A stretch of 64,000 nucleotides of DNA from Tetramitus jugosus (Eukaryota > Protista > Heterolobosea), in assembly GCA_937625935.1 (NCBI GenBank), contig OW569350.1, forward strand, positions 310,001 through 374,000, given 5' to 3'. Each line of letters begins with the position of its first letter. The first letter of the stretch is position 1. Made by a program: the position numbers and the translations under genes. Of this stretch, positions 30,191 through 42,677 are shown piece after piece. A model generated the notes under the pieces. That model worked only from the letters and a program-made list of their open reading frames with translations, had not been told where the DNA came from and made no database searches.

Positions 30191-32311
30191 TCAGTCCTTG
30201 TTGTTGGTCGTTGTTGGAGCAAACTTGTTCTGAAGCTCTTGCTGCAATTTCTTTGACTCTATGAGTGTATGGAACTCATCCGTGGTGGACAATCGACTGT
30301 AAGTATCTGATATATTGTCTAGAATGTTGTTGTAACATTTTGAGAACAAAATGGAATCAACAGTAGTCGTATTCTTATCAATCGCTTCCTTTAGCTGAGC
30401 AAGCAGTTCTTTCCGAACCTTACCCTCAATGTTAACCTCGAGCATACTGCCAGTAGCTATATAGTCATCTCTTATCTCAATTGCCTTCTCGATTGAAGTA
30501 AATCCCTCCTTTTTGATTGCGTAGAGCATTTTCCACAGCATTACATTCTCAGAACTGAATTCTTTTTGGCAATAATCTTCTAGCAGTTGCAAGTGCTCAT
30601 CTGAGGCAGTTAAATACTCCTCAATCAAGGATTTATCTATGGTATCAATAAGTCGGGTAGCAATTGGTTTTCCAGTAACAAAAGATATGATGTGAGGCTT
30701 GTAAACCATGATTCGATCAAAGAATATAGTACCTCCACCTCCTGCTGTCCAATAGTAAACCAAAAACTGCAACAAGAAAAATACCGCTCTAACAATACCT
30801 AGAACCAACTGCTTGCTCAAACGTGCCTCGGTAACATCATTCATCTCCTTGTAAAACACTATCTCTAGAATCATTAGAATGAGAGAATTAATAGGTATGA
30901 ATATTGAAGACATGAGCTCAATTCTGAAATGCAATGGATCGTCAAACAAGAGATAGTATTTGACTCCTTTTGACTTGATTGTCTTAAAGTTCAACACTAG
31001 ATCTACAATCAACGCAATGACTAAAACTATGAACATGACACATGTAATCACAAAACGACAAATGCTGGCCTGATAATTACGGTTCAATGATGCAGGATCC
31101 AAGCTATGACCAATCAAGCCGAACACAAGTGCCATTGCCATCGCGAATATGACAGTCAATATCGTAAATGTAATCCTCGATGAGAGACGCTTGTGAAATT
31201 TGAGCATTCGACCCATTTGCTTAGTTGTTTGGTTCTTTCTAACAGAGATCAAATTGTACACATTTCTCACATGGAAATACCTCAAGAACATCATAAAGTA
31301 ATTCCAGAAGGTCAGTGCAAAGAATGCCATGGAAAGAGCCCAGAAAATCTGAGCTAGTAATCCGTTTCTCATAAAGGCAAATATGAAAGTAATGATATCA
31401 AACACATGAACCATGAACAGCAAGCCAACAGATATGAGTAATGTGGGCATTCGACTTCTCACTCTCAATGATTTGCATGTACACAGCAAGAACAATGCAT
31501 TAATACCTGCCACAGGGAACAAAACGGCCACCACGATCAGGAAAGGTGCTACAGAGTATAGAGTGAGGCTGCTCAACATGTATTCAATGTCCCATGCCAG
31601 TACCTTACAATCGGATGAAATCATTGGTTGAACAAACTGAGAAGTAGCATTCAATTGTTCTGGTTTCTTGCTAGAACCCTTTGGGTTCAGTGCTGTCATC
31701 ACATACTTCATATCAGGCAAGTTCACACCTGATATTTTGAAATTAGGGTCAAAATCCATAAAAATCCTCGTGTAGTCCATCGTGGAGTCCGAATCGAAGA
31801 ATGCCTTTGGTTTCGACTCTGAAGCTACAAATGGCATTGGACTTAACGTTGTCCAATCACTCGAATTCTTCAATAGATATCGATTGACTCTCATTGCGAA
31901 CTGACCATCTCTCTCTCGCGCTCTACTGTCCTTGAACACAACATAGAGTGTCACATTGGACAACTCTGATCTCTGTTCGTCCATAATGGTTGCATCTTCA
32001 GGCAGTGGTACCTCTTGGGTGAGTTCATTGGAGAATCCCAGTGAAATCCATCCTGAGCTCGATCCCCAGTAATCATAAATGAAAAGCGAGTATCGAAACT
32101 TGTCTACGGTCGTTGAAGCCTTCAAGTAACCATAAGGCAAGGTGTACCGGAGCCCATCAAATGGATCGATGGTAGAGTTCCAGTAACTGGGCAAGTTGGA
32201 GCAGATGGGTCCATCTTGGATCGAAATGGCTTCGGTAGTCCGTGAGAGCCCCAGCAAAAACGTGAGAAATGCAAGAAAGACCAAAAGCAATGACGACACT
32301 GTCATTTTCAT
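30191..32311 (-). CDS. Signal peptide, extracellular domain, 7TM region and RGS domain protein
   Basis: Hydrophobic N-terminus, about 7 TM segments, RGS motif LLEDYCQKEFSSENVMLW...YIATGSMLEVNI...NISDTYSRL. Confidence 0.85.
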   Translation of the reverse strand: MKMTVSSLLLVFLAFLTFLLGLSRTTEAISIQDGPICSNLPSYWNSTIDPFDGLRYTLPYGYLKASTTVDKFRYSLFIYDYWGSSSGWISLGFSNELTQEVPLPEDATIMDEQRSELSNVTLYVVFKDSRARERDGQFAMRVNRYLLKNSSDWTTLSPMPFVASESKPKAFFDSDSTMDYTRIFMDFDPNFKISGVNLPDMKYVMTALNPKGSSKKPEQLNATSQFVQPMISSDCKVLAWDIEYMLSSLTLYSVAPFLIVVAVLFPVAGINALFLLCTCKSLRVRSRMPTLLISVGLLFMVHVFDIITFIFAFMRNGLLAQIFWALSMAFFALTFWNYFMMFLRYFHVRNVYNLISVRKNQTTKQMGRMLKFHKRLSSRITFTILTVIFAMAMALVFGLIGHSLDPASLNRNYQASICRFVITCVMFIVLVIALIVDLVLNFKTIKSKGVKYYLLFDDPLHFRIELMSSIFIPINSLILMILEIVFYKEMNDVTEARLSKQLVLGIVRAVFFLLQFLVYYWTAGGGGTIFFDRIMVYKPHIISFVTGKPIATRLIDTIDKSLIEEYLTASDEHLQLLEDYCQKEFSSENVMLWKMLYAIKKEGFTSIEKAIEIRDDYIATGSMLEVNIEGKVRKELLAQLKEAIDKNTTTVDSILFSKCYNNILDNISDTYSRLSTTDEFHTLIESKKLQQELQNKFAPTTTNNKD

Positions 32312-32546
32312 CGATGGAAGGGATTAGCAACTTTGTTTCGTTTCTTATTGTTGTTGATGGACCTTTTGTCCCTAGAGTTCCACCAAGAAGCTGTTGCGAA
32401 ATGTCAAACGTCATCTCGATCTTTTTCAGCCTCCAATAACGTTGAGCGAGTCGGATGGCAACAACATCATTCTCGGGGGAGACATTGACGGAGAAAAATC
32501 GGAGATACTAAAAAATCGGAAAAAAGCAACAAAACAACAATAAAAC

Positions 32547-35500
32547 ATGGCAAATGTGGTTACGAACATGTCTGATAACGTATTAAATTTCTTTCATGCA
32601 GGTGATCCAAGCAGTATTGATGGAGTCGTATACATGGAAGAAATTTTCAAACAAGACGGCATATCAAAGAACAATGAAGAAGTGAGCATCACAGTGAAGC
32701 CCGGAAAGTATAGGGTACAAGTCACAAACACGAGCCGAAACATTTTGAAAAATATCCGGTTGTCCATCCGTGTCACATGCGACCGTACGTATTTTTTTGT
32801 TTTGACATGACCTGTCATCTGTTATCCTGCTGACACTTTTGGCGCGCTTTCAGAATTTTCGGATCAGACAGAAGATATTTCCAAGGGACAATCGTGGTCT
32901 ACCGTAGTAAAAGCTCCATTCGAAGTCACGAGCTCCGTGATTAAAGTTGTATGCAAGGTTGATCAAGGAAACAATGATGCAAAATGCCCTTATTCCATTC
33001 AAGTGTGTCAACAATACTCGATCACCTATAGTCAGACGGGAGTTGTGGGCAATAAGGAGACCAATGACTATGAAACACCGATACTACCACCTGGGCAATA
33101 TGTGTTGCTCGCAAAGAGTGCCAACAATACACCATATCAACTGTCTCTTGCTTGTGGAACCGTAATGGAGAATAATTCTGAGGTTAAAGCAAACCGAATG
33201 TATAGATCTCCCCAAGTATTGATTCGACATGAAGACGTATGTAGCTTAGACTTTTGGTTTTATTTTGTTAAGCTGTTCACTCTGAGCTCGGAGTTGCTGT
33301 TGAACAAGAATGGACTGACACAATACACACGCAACTCATTTATCATAGAAGGATGAAACAGCTGCGATTAGAGTCACGGGAACCAGGGCCAAAGAGGCAG
33401 AGTTCGAACTCTATTTCTTACAATCGATCAGTGCGTTTGAAATGAAGAGATTAGAAGACGGAGAGAAGAAGAAATTTATCGAGCAACACCGAGGCATGTT
33501 GGAGGATTTGTTCGAGAGTGAAGAATTGGAACAGATAGGACTTGTTTGTGACATTATTCAACAACGAGGAGATGGATATGGCGCATTGACAAATTATGGA
33601 TTGAATCTACAAGAGTTATTGTCTAATATATTGAATTTGAAGAAGCAAGTTACACAATTTTGTGCATCTGGTGGAGACTTAGCCTCAATGAAGGAAGTTT
33701 TGATGGAGATGGATGAATGCTCATCCAAAACGAACCTAAAATTTGAAATTGCGCAAGAGCGGATGCAGCTTCAAAAGTTAATCGATACGGTTGAGAAACA
33801 AGATGAATTGGTAACACGCATTCAGCAATCCATAACAGATGGCAAGCTTGAAGAATTGCAGAATGATATTGCCGAATTAGAGATATTGGATGCCTCTGCT
33901 CCAAAGCGAAAGAAAGTCTCTTCAGTGATTGATAAAGCCAAACTATCTGTGAGTCATTTGGTGATTGTTTCCGATATAACGAATAGAATGAATGCTTCAA
34001 TTGAATCGAACAAGGCTGATTTGATCTCCAAAATACAAAAAGAAATTCAATCGCAACAGAATGACTATATTCGAAAATTATTAACATCGGTGTCATTGAA
34101 GGGAAGCAATGCTCTGGAACATATGAAAAAACAAGTAGAAGCATCAAAGGAACTTAAAAATCTGGTGCTTTCAAAGCAGGCGACATCCCTTGGACTCTAT
34201 CTGAATCAAAATAGAGAATTCATCGCACCGCAGCTGCTCTCTATTACAAATGCCTTGTTGAACAACATGTTAAGAAATCAGCCTATCAACACAAAAGAAT
34301 TCTTGGAAGTTGTCTCTCAAATTGAAAAGTATCAAGAATATGATGTGACCGATGTATTAGATGAAACTGTCAGTGAGGATGAACAGAGCGAAAAAGATGT
34401 AAATAAGATCCTGGACGATATTTTGGATGGTTATGATTCTGATGATCAACTAGGTCCAATATCAAATGACTTGCTAGATGGATATGAGTCCGAAGAAAAT
34501 ATTGATATCTTGGACATTATTGATCAAGCTCAATCAGATGACGAAATAGAAGAGACTAAGCTCTCCACGAGTGCTCAAGAGAGAGATAGAGACCTGTTGA
34601 AGAAAATACTTGAAGATGATTTGTCTCTCATTCCTCAATTCAAAAACTCGAAAATGAACAACACTGTAGGTAAAAGAAACTCTATTCCGCTTGAAGAATC
34701 AGACGATGATTCATACTCTGAGGAGTTAAATGCCGAGTTAACAGACGAAGAGGATGAGGTTTCAAACACCATCGAGGAAGAGATCAAGCCAGTTGATACT
34801 GCCCCTAAAGCAAAGCTATCATCGAGTCCACCTTTCACACCCAATACTCAAACGATCCAGAAAAGGAAATCGATTCGAAGCAACTCTCAGATAGGTAAGA
34901 TCCCAATACAGAAGAAGAAAATCATTACTTCTTCAACCGCGTTAAATGAGGAAACAAATGAAACAAATGAACTAGATGCCTCTGATGACTATGAGGAAGA
35001 AACATCAAATGTTATTGAAGACAAGTCAATTGAAATACCTTCTGATGAAAAACCAACTCCTAAACAGCGCACCAGAAACTCTGTGACAAAAAACAAATTA
35101 GTAATTAAATCAAGGAGGGAAAGCACCAGATCGGATGTCCCATCTACTGAAGTAGAAAACACACATCAGGAACAAGAAGAAAATATAGTCAGCACTCCTG
35201 AAGAGACATACGAGGATGATGTGATCGTACCAACTCAATCCACAGAACCAGAAACACAGAATCTGGAGGCAGACACGAACAACAATGAAAAGAAGGATTC
35301 AGAGAACAATCTTGTCGAGCATTTAAAAGAAGCTCAAATGTCTGATTTAGTAAGAAAGTTTAAAAAGGGATATGTGCCGCTTCAATTGCAACGAAAGAAC
35401 CAGCTGAGTCACCAGTTACTCGATCGACTGCATATGTTGCTATTACAAATGATCCATGCAAATCAAGATAACTTGGTTACAGGAGAAACGCCATTCGCTC

Positions 35501-36710
35501 TCCCTCTCGTGAAAGTATTACACCAAATCCTATCTTACAAAACAAAGGTATGTCCCATTCTTGCGTTGTCGAACTCTCTCGTATATGAGACCTCATTTCT
35601 GATTAATTTTATTTTAGAACAAAATGTTCTTTAGAGAACGTACTGTGTATGATGTATTCTGTGGATATGAAGTACCAGAGATACGCGGTGCCATCAGATA
35701 TTTTGAACTTCATGATTGTAAGTACTAGCTATTATTCACTATTTTTACAAGTCTTCACTGCTAACAATCTGTCCTCTTTATGATGTGTGTATGGTCATTA
35801 GTTGCCGCCAGAGACTCATTCAATCCACCTTCTGTTGTCTGGCTACAATTCATTCTCGAGTCTGGCGACTTTATGAAATTTATGTACATGCTAATCCATG
35901 ATGAGACTTATCTTGATACTTGCTACGATAAGTTATCCATCATACACAACAAATTTTATCGTGATGACTTGATATCTGAGCTCATGCTCCTCAGTCAAGT
36001 CAGATTTTGGTTCGGATTCCTCTCCAAGCCTCTATCAAAGGAAGAACAACCCTCCAAGGAGGAACTGTTGGAACAATTACGGAACACAACCAAGGACATT
36101 GTACAATTCTTTATCGATAACAAACGAAAGAATGAAAATATTGAGTTTAAAGAGTTGGGTGATGAGCATAAAACAAGGGAGATTGGATCATTGGTCAGAT
36201 ATAACCTCTATCCCGTTATTGAGTCCATATGCAACCATGATATGCAAATTAAGCATAACTGTGCCGGTCCATATCACATATGGAATTTGATAGAAGCCTA
36301 TGCTAAACAACTGTCGCAAGGTATGTACAACATTCAACAAGCTTCGCGTTGAACTGAATTCTGTCCATCACTTCGCGGTTACTAACTCTGCTTTCTTCTT
36401 TGGTGTATTAGCATCGAATCGCTCACCAGCGGAAGATAAATATCTTCATGCTGTGATAAGGACTATGCGAACTGCTGTCATCAACGAGTCGGACTACATG
36501 TACCGAGATGGAATTCGATTCACCTGCTTCGTTTGTCTTGCCATGAACGACGCTCAATTGGTCAACTACCTCACACTGTGCTTGAAAACTTCAAACATCA
36601 AACGTTTCTACGATGGAACGGCAATCATGAACGATGAAGATCTCCGAAGTCAATTCTTCCAATATTTGCAATTATTGACCCAACTTCCATTCACACTAAA
36701 GCTTCATTGA
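32547..36710 (+). CDS. Multi-exon protein with coiled-coil and acidic middle region and tandem C-terminal RUN-like domains
   Basis: Consecutive same-strand ORF pieces separated by GT(A/ATG)...AG introns. RUN-like motifs LYPVIESICNH...IWNLIE and FVCLAMN...RFYDGTAIM...LLTQLPF. Exon boundaries not all resolved. Confidence 0.65.
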
Positions 36711-36853
36711 GTTTTGATTTTTTAACAACAATTTTCCATTGTATTCAAAACAAACACCTAGAAAGAATGATGTTTTTATTCTTTTGGTTTTGCTGCCGCG
36801 TTCTCCTCATCGGCACTAACCTTCTTCCTTCTCCAGAAGAGCAATGAACCTGC

Positions 36854-37264
36854 CTAATCTTTCACTGATTGTATCTTTTGTTGTCTTGCAATCTGTCTCA
36901 TCTCCTTCTCCTGTCTCGCTCTCTCCTCCCTCTCATCAGTCTTCATGTTATGATAGACGGAAGACAAACTTGCAACAATCACCGCCACTGACAATAGCAG
37001 CACACGATTATCTGCCGCCAAAATTAACCGAAATCTACGGTCGGCGCGGTTTTTATTCGGAGTATTACCTGTATTGGTATTCACTTGAGAAGAAACACCA
37101 GTGTTGTTACTGTTGGTTGTTGTTATACCACTTGATGATGGTGACGATTGTGGTGGTGGAGAGGGAGTAGGGGCTTGTACGGACATTGTTCGAACCGTGG
37201 ATCGCGAATAAACAGCAGCATGTTGCTGTGAACGATGTGCCTGTAGTAACAATCGACGTATCAT
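36854..37264 (-). CDS. Small single-TM protein with mitochondrial presequence-like N-terminus
   Basis: MIRRLLLQAHRS...RTMS presequence pattern and one TM segment (VLLLSVAVIVASL). The frame continues past the TAG (see findings). Confidence 0.55.
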   Translation of the reverse strand: MIRRLLLQAHRSQQHAAVYSRSTVRTMSVQAPTPSPPPQSSPSSSGITTTNSNNTGVSSQVNTNTGNTPNKNRADRRFRLILAADNRVLLLSVAVIVASLSSVYHNMKTDEREERARQEKEMRQIARQQKIQSVKD

Positions 37265-37471
37265 TTGTACTTCAGTTGTTTTGTTTGTTGTTTGTTGTTT
37301 TGGTGGTGTGACAAGTTCGTCAGAATAAAAACTTGTCCGGTAAACCTTTTGCTTGCATTCCGCGGCTGAACTGCAAAGCAAATTGACTTGCCATTAGTGA
37401 TTTTTTACAAAATATCGACGTTTATCATTATTTATTGTCAGACAACAGCTAGAAGCAGGAAACCAATAATC

Positions 37472-38698
37472 TTACAATCCAAAGATACCTCTCACTTCAT
37501 TAAACACTTCATGAACAGGCTTTGAAGTAATGATGTGCTTCACCTTATCATGAGCAGCAAAGTAATCAATCACGGGCATTGTTTGCTTCTGATACGTCTG
37601 GAATCTCTTTCTAATACTCACAATATTGTCATCGGATCTTCCACTGGTCAATCCTCTGGACAACAATCTCTCTTCCAAGACACTTTCAGGGCAGTCAAAA
37701 AACAGGACAAATTGACACGGAGTCACTTGTCTCTCAAAGTCCAACGCCTGTTTCATCTCTCTTGGGAAACCATCAATCAAAAAAGTGGTATTCTCAGAGT
37801 CTGGATGAGAAAAGATGGCCTTCTTTAACAAACCAATGGTAATGTGACCTGGTACGATCTGTCCCTCACGAATCATATTGGAAATCATTTTTCCAGTCTC
37901 ACTGTCCGACTCTGACTCTGCTCTCAACAAATCTCCGGCACTAAAATGAACAAATCCAAATTGTTCCACCATTTTGGCGCATTGTGTGCCTTTTCCACTG
38001 CCTGGACCACCCAACACAAAGACAACTTTTCTGTATGGTTGTGCTCTTCTCTTGGTCTCTAGTTCATTGATGATGAAATCGATTGGATTTTCTGGTTGAT
38101 TCTGAATGAGAGATGTGGTGAGTTCGTTGAACAGGGAGTCAATCTTGTGATCTTGCATGTATTGATCAAATTGTTGTTGTTTTGGTTGTTGTTGTTGAGT
38201 GTTGCTGACTGTCATGTTGTTTTGGTGGTTGTGATTCTTGTTGATATTTTTGTTTGTGTTGTTGTTTTTGTTGTGGTTGTTGGTGATGTGCTGGTGGTGA
38301 TGATGGTTGTTGGGTGGAGAAAAGAGCGACGATTCTGTTTGGTGGTCGTTGGTGGAAAGCTGCTGGAAGCGAGAACTGTCGGAGATTTGAGATGGCATTG
38401 TAACAATAGTCTTTAGAGATTCTGGGTTGTTGTTGCCACTCATGCGACCATGGCTAAAAGTACGGAATGGTGATGAGTCAGAACTTGTAGCACAAGGAGC
38501 TTCAGCATCACGAGAGGGTAACAAGTTGTTTCCCGCCGTAAAAAACTGTTGGTTGTGAACGTTGTTCCAATTGCATGAAAAAGAAGAAAATGAGCAATTT
38601 TGGGATGCCTCAACGACTCTATGAAGCTTCACGTTGCTTCTCAGTTTTTGTACTCTGGAGGCATGCATACTCAGCAGACCTCGCATACTTCCATTCAT
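37472..38698 (-). CDS. UMP-CMP/adenylate kinase with RIIa/Dpy-30-like docking domain; start uncertain (38698 or 38215)
   Basis: [68 protein letters not shown] is a docking-domain pattern. Confidence 0.9.
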   Translation of the reverse strand: MNGSMRGLLSMHASRVQKLRSNVKLHRVVEASQNCSFSSFSCNWNNVHNQQFFTAGNNLLPSRDAEAPCATSSDSSPFRTFSHGRMSGNNNPESLKTIVTMPSQISDSSRFQQLSTNDHQTESSLFSPPNNHHHHQHITNNHNKNNNTNKNINKNHNHQNNMTVSNTQQQQPKQQQFDQYMQDHKIDSLFNELTTSLIQNQPENPIDFIINELETKRRAQPYRKVVFVLGGPGSGKGTQCAKMVEQFGFVHFSAGDLLRAESESDSETGKMISNMIREGQIVPGHITIGLLKKAIFSHPDSENTTFLIDGFPREMKQALDFERQVTPCQFVLFFDCPESVLEERLLSRGLTSGRSDDNIVSIRKRFQTYQKQTMPVIDYFAAHDKVKHIITSKPVHEVFNEVRGIFGL

Positions 38699-38826
38699 GA
38701 CTTCTAGAAACAATCAAAATGCAAAAACACCGAATTATTGTCGGAGGAAATATCGGGGTAAAAAAGAAAAATAGCTTTCCCGCCTCCAAAACGCAAACAA
38801 CATCACCATTTTCCACCACAACCACC

Positions 38827-39251
38827 ATGTTGCACAGACTTGCGTCCTCCTCTTGTTCACGCGTGAACCAATTGAACCGTGTCACCAAGCGTTTTGCATC
38901 AACTGTATGTTTCCACTTTTATGATTTTTTCTTGCAATCCAACATTCTTTTTGCTAACAGAGAGAAAACCCCAACTCCAACACACTGGAAACTAACTGCA
39001 AAATAATGATAATTGTGTTTGAACGATTGATATTGACACAACCGCACATATGTGATCCTTTTATCTCTTAGGAAGCTCCAAAGAGCGATCCAACCAAAGT
39101 GAATCCAATGTTCTTCGAGCAAAAGAACAGATTCAAGACTCAGAACTTGGCCATGATGACCATTTTTGTTGGAATGACCGCATACAGCATCATGAACTAC
39201 AACTTGACCAATGAGGACGTTGTGATTGTCAAGAAGCCATACTCTGATTAA
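38827..39251 (+). CDS. Small spliced mitochondrial-type single-TM protein (about 85 aa); intron 38905-39071
   Basis: Exon 1 MLHRLASSSCSRVNQLNRVTKRFAST|GTATGT...CTTAG|EAPKSDPTK...LAMMTIFVGMTAYSIM...PYSD* joins in frame. Exon 2 is absent from the ORF track. Confidence 0.65.
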
Positions 39252-39558
39252 TCGTTATAATACAATACACACCAGAACAAAGGGATATTCGATCACATGC
39301 TCAAAAGTAAAATATTAATTGTTTTTTTCGTTTTTTATGGGTTGTCTTCTGTTTATTTATTCTAGAGGTTTGGTTCTATGTACGTTTTGTTGACTGAATC
39401 CAACAACTCGACGTCGATTGTAGTACTGCTACTCGTCAGAGTTCAGAGCGAGAGAGCAGAACATGTTCGGCATGCAGAGGAGTGGAGATGGCAAAAAAAA
39501 AGTGCGCACGCGCATCATGCATTTGATGATGAATAGTAGTAGGACGGTGCCATCTTCT

Positions 39559-40293
39559 TTACAATGCATCAATCAAAGAGTTCTTCATGTCAGAGACAAT
39601 GTTTTGTGCCTTCTTGTCTCTCAGGTTGAATATACTTTCAACAACAGAAATCTCTGTACTTGTCGTATTGAAACCACAGAATGCACTCCAATCGTTGACA
39701 ACCAAACCAGCACGGATGGATTGACTACCTCTGTTGATTGTACCTGCAACAATTGGGACTTGCAACAGGGAAGACAACTTGTCTTGCTCCTTGATGGAGG
39801 TCTTTGGATGAACGAGTCCACCATTGTTGCTAAACACGCAGTAGCTTCCAACCAATGGATTACCTGCAATTGTTGTACGGAAGACTTCAACGCCCAAAAC
39901 ATCTTGAATCATTTCCTCAGTGTTCTTATCAATGTCCTTGTGAACCAAAGCAACGTGATCATTGCATGCAATACAGTTACCTAGTGCACTCAAACGTTCT
40001 TCCACACGTTGAACAACAACAGTGTCTGGCAATGTGTTTCTCAAGTGCAAGAGTTCTTGGTCAGTTGCAGTACTTGGCAGCAAAAGACCATTCTTGTTAC
40101 CAACACACATGGTACCAATGATTCTGCAGTCGGCAACTGATGCGTAACAGACTGGGATGTGTTCGGAGAGTTCTGACTCAAAAGAGGAGAAAAAGTTGGA
40201 GGAGAGACCTTGAGCGACCAAGCAGTAAGAGTTGGTCAAGACACTGAATACACCAATGTCTGAGCTATTTTCAAAAACGGTTCTTGTGGCCAT
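39559..40293 (-). CDS. EIF6: Eukaryotic translation initiation factor 6
   Basis: [56 protein letters not shown]. Confidence 0.98.
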   Translation of the reverse strand: MATRTVFENSSDIGVFSVLTNSYCLVAQGLSSNFFSSFESELSEHIPVCYASVADCRIIGTMCVGNKNGLLLPSTATDQELLHLRNTLPDTVVVQRVEERLSALGNCIACNDHVALVHKDIDKNTEEMIQDVLGVEVFRTTIAGNPLVGSYCVFSNNGGLVHPKTSIKEQDKLSSLLQVPIVAGTINRGSQSIRAGLVVNDWSAFCGFNTTSTEISVVESIFNLRDKKAQNIVSDMKNSLIDAL

Positions 40294-40667
40294 GTTTAAC
40301 TAATTGTGTTCGTTTGTTGTTGTTGTTGTTGTTGCTGTTGTTGTTGATTTGTTTTTTGTTGAAACGTGTCGAGCAAAAAAAAATGCGCAAGTCGGTTTGT
40401 ACTTTGCTCGTGTGTGTGTTGGGTTGCTGATCGCTGTTGTGCTTTCTGTTGTGTGTGATAAAAAAGTTCAACTTTTATATTGAGCATGCGACGAAATCAG
40501 GTGAGTGAACACGCAGGCTGCAAATGAATCGGAGAATAGAAAAGAAATACTGTTTTCTCCAGTGTTGTAATGCGATGCGATAAAGGAATATTCATACAGA
40601 ATTTTGAAGAAGAGTTTTTTTCGTGCAGGAGCTAAATTGCATGTCAAAGACTTATCAAGCAGGTCCT

Positions 40668-42677
40668 CTAATCATATTTATTTAAGAATATGACGGTGAC
40701 GCTGACATCATCAAAGAACCTTCTTCTTCTTTCAGGAGATTGGTGGAGCGCCGTTTGGAGTCTCAAATACTCATCTGTAGAATGGCAATACTTTGTCATT
40801 GCTCTTTGGAGAATATTTGTAATCAAAACGTCACACACATTGCCTTCCTTTCGATTTCCTGTTGTTGCAGTTGTCATGTGTTGAATACAATACTCTTGCA
40901 CAATATCAATCACTTGTTGATTCGATAAGAAGTCGAACAAACCATCAGTTGCTAACACAATAAATTCGTTTCCCATCGATGGATCAACAGAAAACTCTGT
41001 AATCTCTGGCTCAACTGTAATATAGGGAGGATTCCAAGCTCTTCCTGCCGTATTCATCCATTGTGACGATGATTCGTGCTTGAAGGCAATATCACCAAAA
41101 GCTCTAGTAGGTTGTAGTTTTCCCTTGATTCTTCCACTGCAAACAATATCGTTCTCATGTGGAAACAGACGTTGTAATCGCTCTAGTTCAGTGGGATCAC
41201 TGGCTTTATGATCCCTGGAGCATTGAATCGCTTCTAGAGAGCCAATCTTCCTAGCACTATTTCTCTTGTTGTCTTGACTCAGCAACACATTTGCATCAGT
41301 TCTCCTAGCTAAGATGCAACGACAGTCACCAGCATTTGCTACGTACATTTTGTTTTGGTAGAAATACGTAACAAGGGCACATGATCCAGCCAAGCAATCC
41401 TTGGGAACAAAAGGATGGTTGTGATGTTCACCATACACACCATTGTTCCAAGCAGAAGAATTCGCACTTTCGTTACAATGAGCGATAATTTTTGCCGCGC
41501 TTTCATTCAGGAAACGGGCATCTACGGACTGAAAAGCATGAGCGATTGCCATGGGAATAGCTTTGGACTCGTCAAAGAACAACCTTAGTTTTCTGACACT
41601 TTCCAATTGGTCCGGGCTTTGTTGTGCCTCCTCTAGTAACCTCCATTGTTCCTTTGTGTAGTTTAGCGTGTCAAGCAACCAACTCTTCTTTTGTATACTG
41701 TGGATTCTTCTGTCGTGCACATAGGAAATGTAGCGTTGTATCGTTTCTAGCAAGTGATCATGAACGTATTGACTGCAGGATGAACCTCCGTGTCCATCCA
41801 TCATCGCAAAAGCATATGCTACTGAAGAGTTGTTCACTCTATTCTTTTCATCAACAGTGGTCGTTGTTGGGCAGTGGAAAATTTTGGAGAACTTGGACCG
41901 GTCTTCCATGGCTACATTAGAGGCGAAGCAGTTCATGTGCACTTGGTCAATCATGTCCTTCAAGTGGGCACTGGTTGACATTTTCGCGGTTTGTATTTCT
42001 CCGTTGCAACTATTCTTGTCGTTGTTACTCATTGTTGATTGTTCCTTGTTTGTTGTATTCGAGCTTATTTTGCTGATGCATTGTTGTTGTTGTGAGAAGG
42101 TAGTGGATAACCGTTTTTCGTGGTGTTGATGCGAAGCAGCTCGGGTGTCGCACTCTGGTGAACAGGAAGAAAGGTCACCGAGAATTAAATCTTCATGACC
42201 GCCCAAACTACTCATACTGTAGTGACTGCTGACACCGCGCACGTGATATCGCTTTCTCTGTGATGGCATTTTCTTGTCTTCAAAATTTTCATTTTCCTTA
42301 TTGTTGGTGTTACTGTTGTTGTGGTTATTGTTATTATTACTATTATTTGTTGAAGGAGTCATTGTGGTGGATGGTTGACTGGAAGCAGAGAGGTGAATTA
42401 TTTGTCCATGGGGAGTAATGTGATTGCGAACCAGCTCTATGTACTTGTCATGCTTTTCACAACATGGTCCGCGTTGAAAATCTGTTCCAGCTTGATGTTG
42501 ATAACTATGGTTATGGTTGAATGAGGAGGGCGATTGTTGTGACTGACAGCAGAAGGATTCAGCAGTGCATTCAGCGCAAAGACACATGGGAGCAGATTGA
42601 GATGGCATTGGTATGGGAGATTGGTTGTTGTTGAATGGTGATGACGATGATTGTTCCATGTGACTCTGAGTTTGCAT
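40668..42677 (-). CDS. PP2C/PPM-family protein phosphatase (PDP-like)
   Basis: MEDR, DGHGG, AGSCA, VANAGDCR, TRAFGD, VLATDGLFD, DDVSVTVI. Start codon uncertain. Confidence 0.9.
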   Translation of the reverse strand: MQTQSHMEQSSSSPFNNNQSPIPMPSQSAPMCLCAECTAESFCCQSQQSPSSFNHNHSYQHQAGTDFQRGPCCEKHDKYIELVRNHITPHGQIIHLSASSQPSTTMTPSTNNSNNNNNHNNSNTNNKENENFEDKKMPSQRKRYHVRGVSSHYSMSSLGGHEDLILGDLSSCSPECDTRAASHQHHEKRLSTTFSQQQQCISKISSNTTNKEQSTMSNNDKNSCNGEIQTAKMSTSAHLKDMIDQVHMNCFASNVAMEDRSKFSKIFHCPTTTTVDEKNRVNNSSVAYAFAMMDGHGGSSCSQYVHDHLLETIQRYISYVHDRRIHSIQKKSWLLDTLNYTKEQWRLLEEAQQSPDQLESVRKLRLFFDESKAIPMAIAHAFQSVDARFLNESAAKIIAHCNESANSSAWNNGVYGEHHNHPFVPKDCLAGSCALVTYFYQNKMYVANAGDCRCILARRTDANVLLSQDNKRNSARKIGSLEAIQCSRDHKASDPTELERLQRLFPHENDIVCSGRIKGKLQPTRAFGDIAFKHESSSQWMNTAGRAWNPPYITVEPEITEFSVDPSMGNEFIVLATDGLFDFLSNQQVIDIVQEYCIQHMTTATTGNRKEGNVCDVLITNILQRAMTKYCHSTDEYLRLQTALHQSPERRRRFFDDVSVTVIFLNKYD

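Noticed and set aside
36854-36856. Genome-wide TAG reassignment
   Set aside because: Long genes contain no in-frame TAG, and TAG ends the H+-PPase and PP2C genes at the expected positions.
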